A stretch of DNA of 64,000 nucleotides from Eledone cirrhosa (taxonomy: Eukaryota). The position numbers and the translations under genes were made by a program. Numbering within the stretch: position 1 is the first letter of the stretch; each line of letters begins with the position of its first letter. The notes beneath the pieces were generated by a model. That model had not been told where the DNA came from. It searched no databases and saw only the letters and a program-made list of their open reading frames with translations. Shown piece after piece: positions 60,576 through 64,000 of this stretch. The stretch spans positions 134,354,001-134,418,000 of the forward strand of contig OZ024743.1 in NCBI GenBank assembly GCA_964016885.1, in the 5' to 3' direction.

Positions 60576-63500
60576 CACCGAAAACCAAGTACCAAGCACC
60601 AAACACCAAGCACCAAGCGTCAAAGACCAAACACCTAGCACCAAGCACGAAACACCAAGCACCAAGCACCGAGCACCAAAGACCAAGTACCAGGCACCAA
60701 TCACCAAACACCAAGAACCAAGCACCAAACACCAGACAGCAAGCACCAAGCACCAAACACCAGACAGCAAGCACCAAGCACCAAACACCAAACTCCAAGC
60801 ACCAAGCACCAAGCACCAAGCGCCAAACACCAAACACCAAGCACCAAGCACCAAACACCAAGCACCAACCACCAAGCACCAAACACCAAGCACCAAGCAC
60901 CAAACACCAAGCACCAATCACCAAACAGCAAACACCAAGCACCAAACACCAAACACCAAGCACCAAGCACCAAACACCAAGCACCAAGCACCAAACACCA
61001 AGCACCAAGCACCAAACACCAAAAACCAATCACCAAGCACCAAAGAGCAAACACCAAGCCCCAAGCACCAAACACAAAACACCAAATACCAAATAGCAAA
61101 CACTAAACACCAAACACCAAACAGCGAACACCAAACACCAAACAGCAAACACCAAACACCAACCAGGAAACACCAAATACCAAGCACCAAACACCAAGCA
61201 CCAAGCCCCAAGCACCAAACACCAAGCACCAAGCACCAAACACCAAGCACCAAGCACCAAGCACCATGCACCAAACACCAAGCACCAAGCACCAAACAGC
61301 AAACACCAAACAGCAAACACCAAACACCAAACACCAACCAGCAAACACCAAACACCAAACACCAAACAGCAAACACCAAACAGCAAACACCAAACAGCAA
61401 ACACCAAACACCAAACACCAAACACCAAACGCCAAAAAGCAAACGCCAAACCCCAAACGTCAAACAGCAAACGCCAAGGACCAAACACCAAACACCAAGC
61501 GCCAAGCACCAAATACCAAACACCAAGCACCAAGCACCAAACACCAAACACCAAGGACCAATCACCTAACACCAAGCACCAAGCGCCAAACACCAAAAAC
61601 CAAACACCTAGCACCAAGCACCAAGCACCAAACACCAAGCACCAAGCCCCAAGCACCAAACAGCAAGCACCCAGCACCATACACCAAACACCAAGCACCA
61701 AGCACCCAGAACAAAGCACCAAGCACCAAACACCAAACACCAAGCTCCAAGCACCAAACACCAAACACCAAGCACCAAGCACCAAGCACCAAGCACCAAA
61801 CACCAAACACCAAGCACCAAGCACCAAACACCAAGCACCAAGCGCCAAACACCAAACACCAAACACCTAGCACCAAGCACCAAGCACTGAACACCAAGCA
61901 CCAAACACCAAGCACCAAGCACCAAGCACCAAGCACCAAGCACCAAACACCAATCACCAAGCCCCAAGCACCAAACACCAAGCACCAAGCACCAAACACC
62001 AAACACCAAGCACCAAGCACCCAGAACCAAGCACCAAGCACCAAACACCAAACACCAAGCACCAAGCACCAAACACCAAACACCAAGCACCAAGCACCAA
62101 GCACCAAGCACTAAACACCATACACCAAGCACCAAGCACCAATCACTAAACACTAAACACCAAGCACCAAGCACCAAACACAAACACCAAGCACCAAGTA
62201 CCAAACTCCAAACACCAAACACCAAGCACCAAGCACCAAATCCCAAGCACCAAACACCATTCACCATAAAACAAACACCAAACACCAAGCATGAAGCACC
62301 AAGCACCAAATACCAATCACCAAGCACCAAAGAGCAAACACCAAGCCCCAAGCACCAAACACCAAACACCAAACACCAAACAGCAAACACTAAACACCAA
62401 ACACCAAAGAGCAAACACCAAACACCAAATAGCAAACACCAAACACCAACAAGGAAACACCAAACAGCAAACACCAAACAGCAAACGCCAAACAGCAAAC
62501 ACAAACACCAAACACCAAACACCAAACACCAAACACCAAGCACCAAGCACAAAACACCAAGCACCAAGCGCCAAGCACCAAACACCAAACACCAAACACC
62601 AAACACCAAACACCAATCACCAAACACCAGACACCAAACACCAAACAGCAAACACCAAACACCAAACAGCAAACACCAAACACCAAACACCAAACAGCAA
62701 ACACCAAACAGCAAACACCAAACAGCAAACACCAAACAGCAAACAGCAAACACCAAACACCAAACACCAAGCACCAAGCAGCAAACACCAACACCAAGCA
62801 ACAAGCACCAATCACCAAGCACCAAGCACTAAACACCAAACACCTAGCACCAAGCACCAAGCACCAAACACCAAGCACCAAGCACCAAGCACCAAACACC
62901 AAGCACCAAAGACCAAGCCCCAAATACCAAGCACCAAGCACCAAACACCAATCACCAGGCACCAAGCACCAAACACCAAGAACCAAGCACCAAGCACTAA
63001 ACACCAAACACCTAGCACCAAGCACCAAACACCAAGAACCAAGCACCAAGCGCAAACACCGAACACCAAGCACCAAGCACCAAACACCAAGCACCAACCA
63101 CCAAGCACCAAACACCAAGCACCAAGCACCAGACACCAAGCACCAAGCACTAAGCACCAAGCACCAAAAACCAAGCACCAAGCTCCAAGCACCAAACACC
63201 AAGCACCAAACACCAAACACCAAGCACCAAGCACCAATCACCAAGCACCAAGCACCAAATACCAAGCACCAAGCAACAAGCACCAAACACCAAACACAAA
63301 ACACCAAACACCAAACACCAAGCACCAAACACCAAACACCAAGCACCAATCACCAAACACCAAACACCAAGCACCAAGCACCAAACACCAAGCACCAAGC
63401 ACCAAAGAGAAAAAAACCAAGCACCAAGCATCAAACACCAAACACCAAACACCACACAGCAAACAGCAAACAGCAAACACCAAACAGCAAACACCAAATA

Positions 63501-64000
63501 GCAAACACCAAACAGCAAACACCAAACACCAAACAGCAAACACTAAACACCAAACACCAAGCACCAAGCACCAAGCACCAAACAACAAGCACCAAGCACC
63601 AAGCACCAAGCACCAAACACCAAACACCAATCGCCAAACACCAAACACCAAGCATCAAGCACCAAACACCAAACACCAAGCACCAAGCACCAAGCACCAA
63701 ACACAAAACACCAAGTACCAAGCACCTACCACAAAACACCAAACACCAAACACCAAGCACCAGACACCAAGCACCAAGCACTAAGCACCAAGCACCAAAA
63801 ACCAAGCACCAAGCTCCAAGCACCAAACACCAAGCACCAAGCACCAAGCACCAAACTCCAAGCACCAAGCACCAAGCACCAAACACAAAGCACCAAGCAC
63901 CAACCACCAAGCAGCAAGCACCAAGCACCAAGCACCAAACACCAAGCACCAAGCACCAAACACCAAACACCAAGCACCAATCACCAAACACCAAACACCA

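Larger units (their letters stand above)
1..64000. repeat. Heptamer tandem array / simple-sequence satellite (CACCAAR)n, about 9,100 units, running off both window ends
   Basis: Seen directly: every line parses into CACCAAG or CACCAAA plus variants (CAGCAAA, CGCCAAA, CACCAAT, CCCCAAG, CACTAAA, CACCTAG, TACCAAR, AACCAAG and others). One orientation throughout. The + strand is C/A-rich and nearly T-free. Unit count is simply 64000/7. Confidence 0.99.
24850..64000. repeat. Satellite domain B: marked by the module AACCAAT-CACCAAG-CACCAAA-GAGCAAA ... CACTAAA ... TAGCAAA ... CACCAAC-CAGGAAA
   Basis: The marker module first appears at ~25560-25715 and recurs roughly every 0.5-1.8 kb to ~62460. The full CGCCAAA cassette is only sporadic here. 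Confidence 0.83.

Noticed and set aside
24-63994. Hundreds of long ORFs on both strands (e.g. 1802..4936, 21241..24354, 38711..41854)
   Set aside because: They overlap in all six frames with the same heptapeptide repeat. They exist because the unit lacks T on the + strand and A on the - strand. There are no domains, no unique termini and no frame preference.
1-64000. Canonical telomere (TTAGGG, TTTAGGG, TTAGG or Plasmodium type)
   Set aside because: The unit is GGTGYTT, with no GGG or TTAG core. Wholesale kb-scale copying of variants is not direct telomerase output. Only a non-canonical version is kept as a hypothesis.
1-64000. Pure sequencing or basecalling artefact, or synthetic low-complexity sequence
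   Set aside because: Rare variants and 1-bp deletions are inherited consistently across nested duplications with exact offsets, which noise would not produce. Individual duplications could still be assembly errors.
1-64000. Hairpins, terminators, structured RNA genes or strong G-quadruplexes
   Set aside because: A nearly T-free single-orientation strand cannot form extended stems. The minus strand has mostly GG runs, giving at best weak two-tier G4 potential, with only isolated GGGG from CCCCAAR units.
1-64000. Bacterial heptamer repeat (cyanobacterial STRR) or contingency locus
   Set aside because: Those arrays are short and lie among genes. A gene-free array of 64 kb or more does not fit, although the host cannot be proven from this window.

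Overview
The whole 64-kb window is one uninterrupted, single-orientation tandem array of a 7-bp unit, consensus CACCAAR (CACCAAG/CACCAAA; minus strand YTTGGTG). I see no unique sequence, no array boundary, and no credible gene, RNA gene, transposon or CRISPR array. All listed ORFs are artefacts of an almost T-free heptamer, which reads as 7-aa repeats (TKHQAPS or WCLVLGA) in every frame. The informative signal is the internal architecture. Rare variant heptamers act as markers and reveal nested higher-order repeats (HORs): 7 bp, then 14/28 bp, an 84-bp CpG-bearing cassette, ~203/462-bp modules, and near-identical tandem duplications of 0.7-5.4 kb. There are at least two sequence domains with a transition near 24.7-25.6 kb. 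Heptamer phase is almost perfectly kept, CpG sites show a deamination-like pattern, and paralogous copies show signs of exchange. The best description is a large, actively evolving simple-sequence satellite (centromeric, heterochromatic or telomere-like), probably eukaryotic. Host and function cannot be determined from this window. Offsets were derived by eye from marker heptamers and from matching ORF coordinates, so block edges are approximate (tens of bp).
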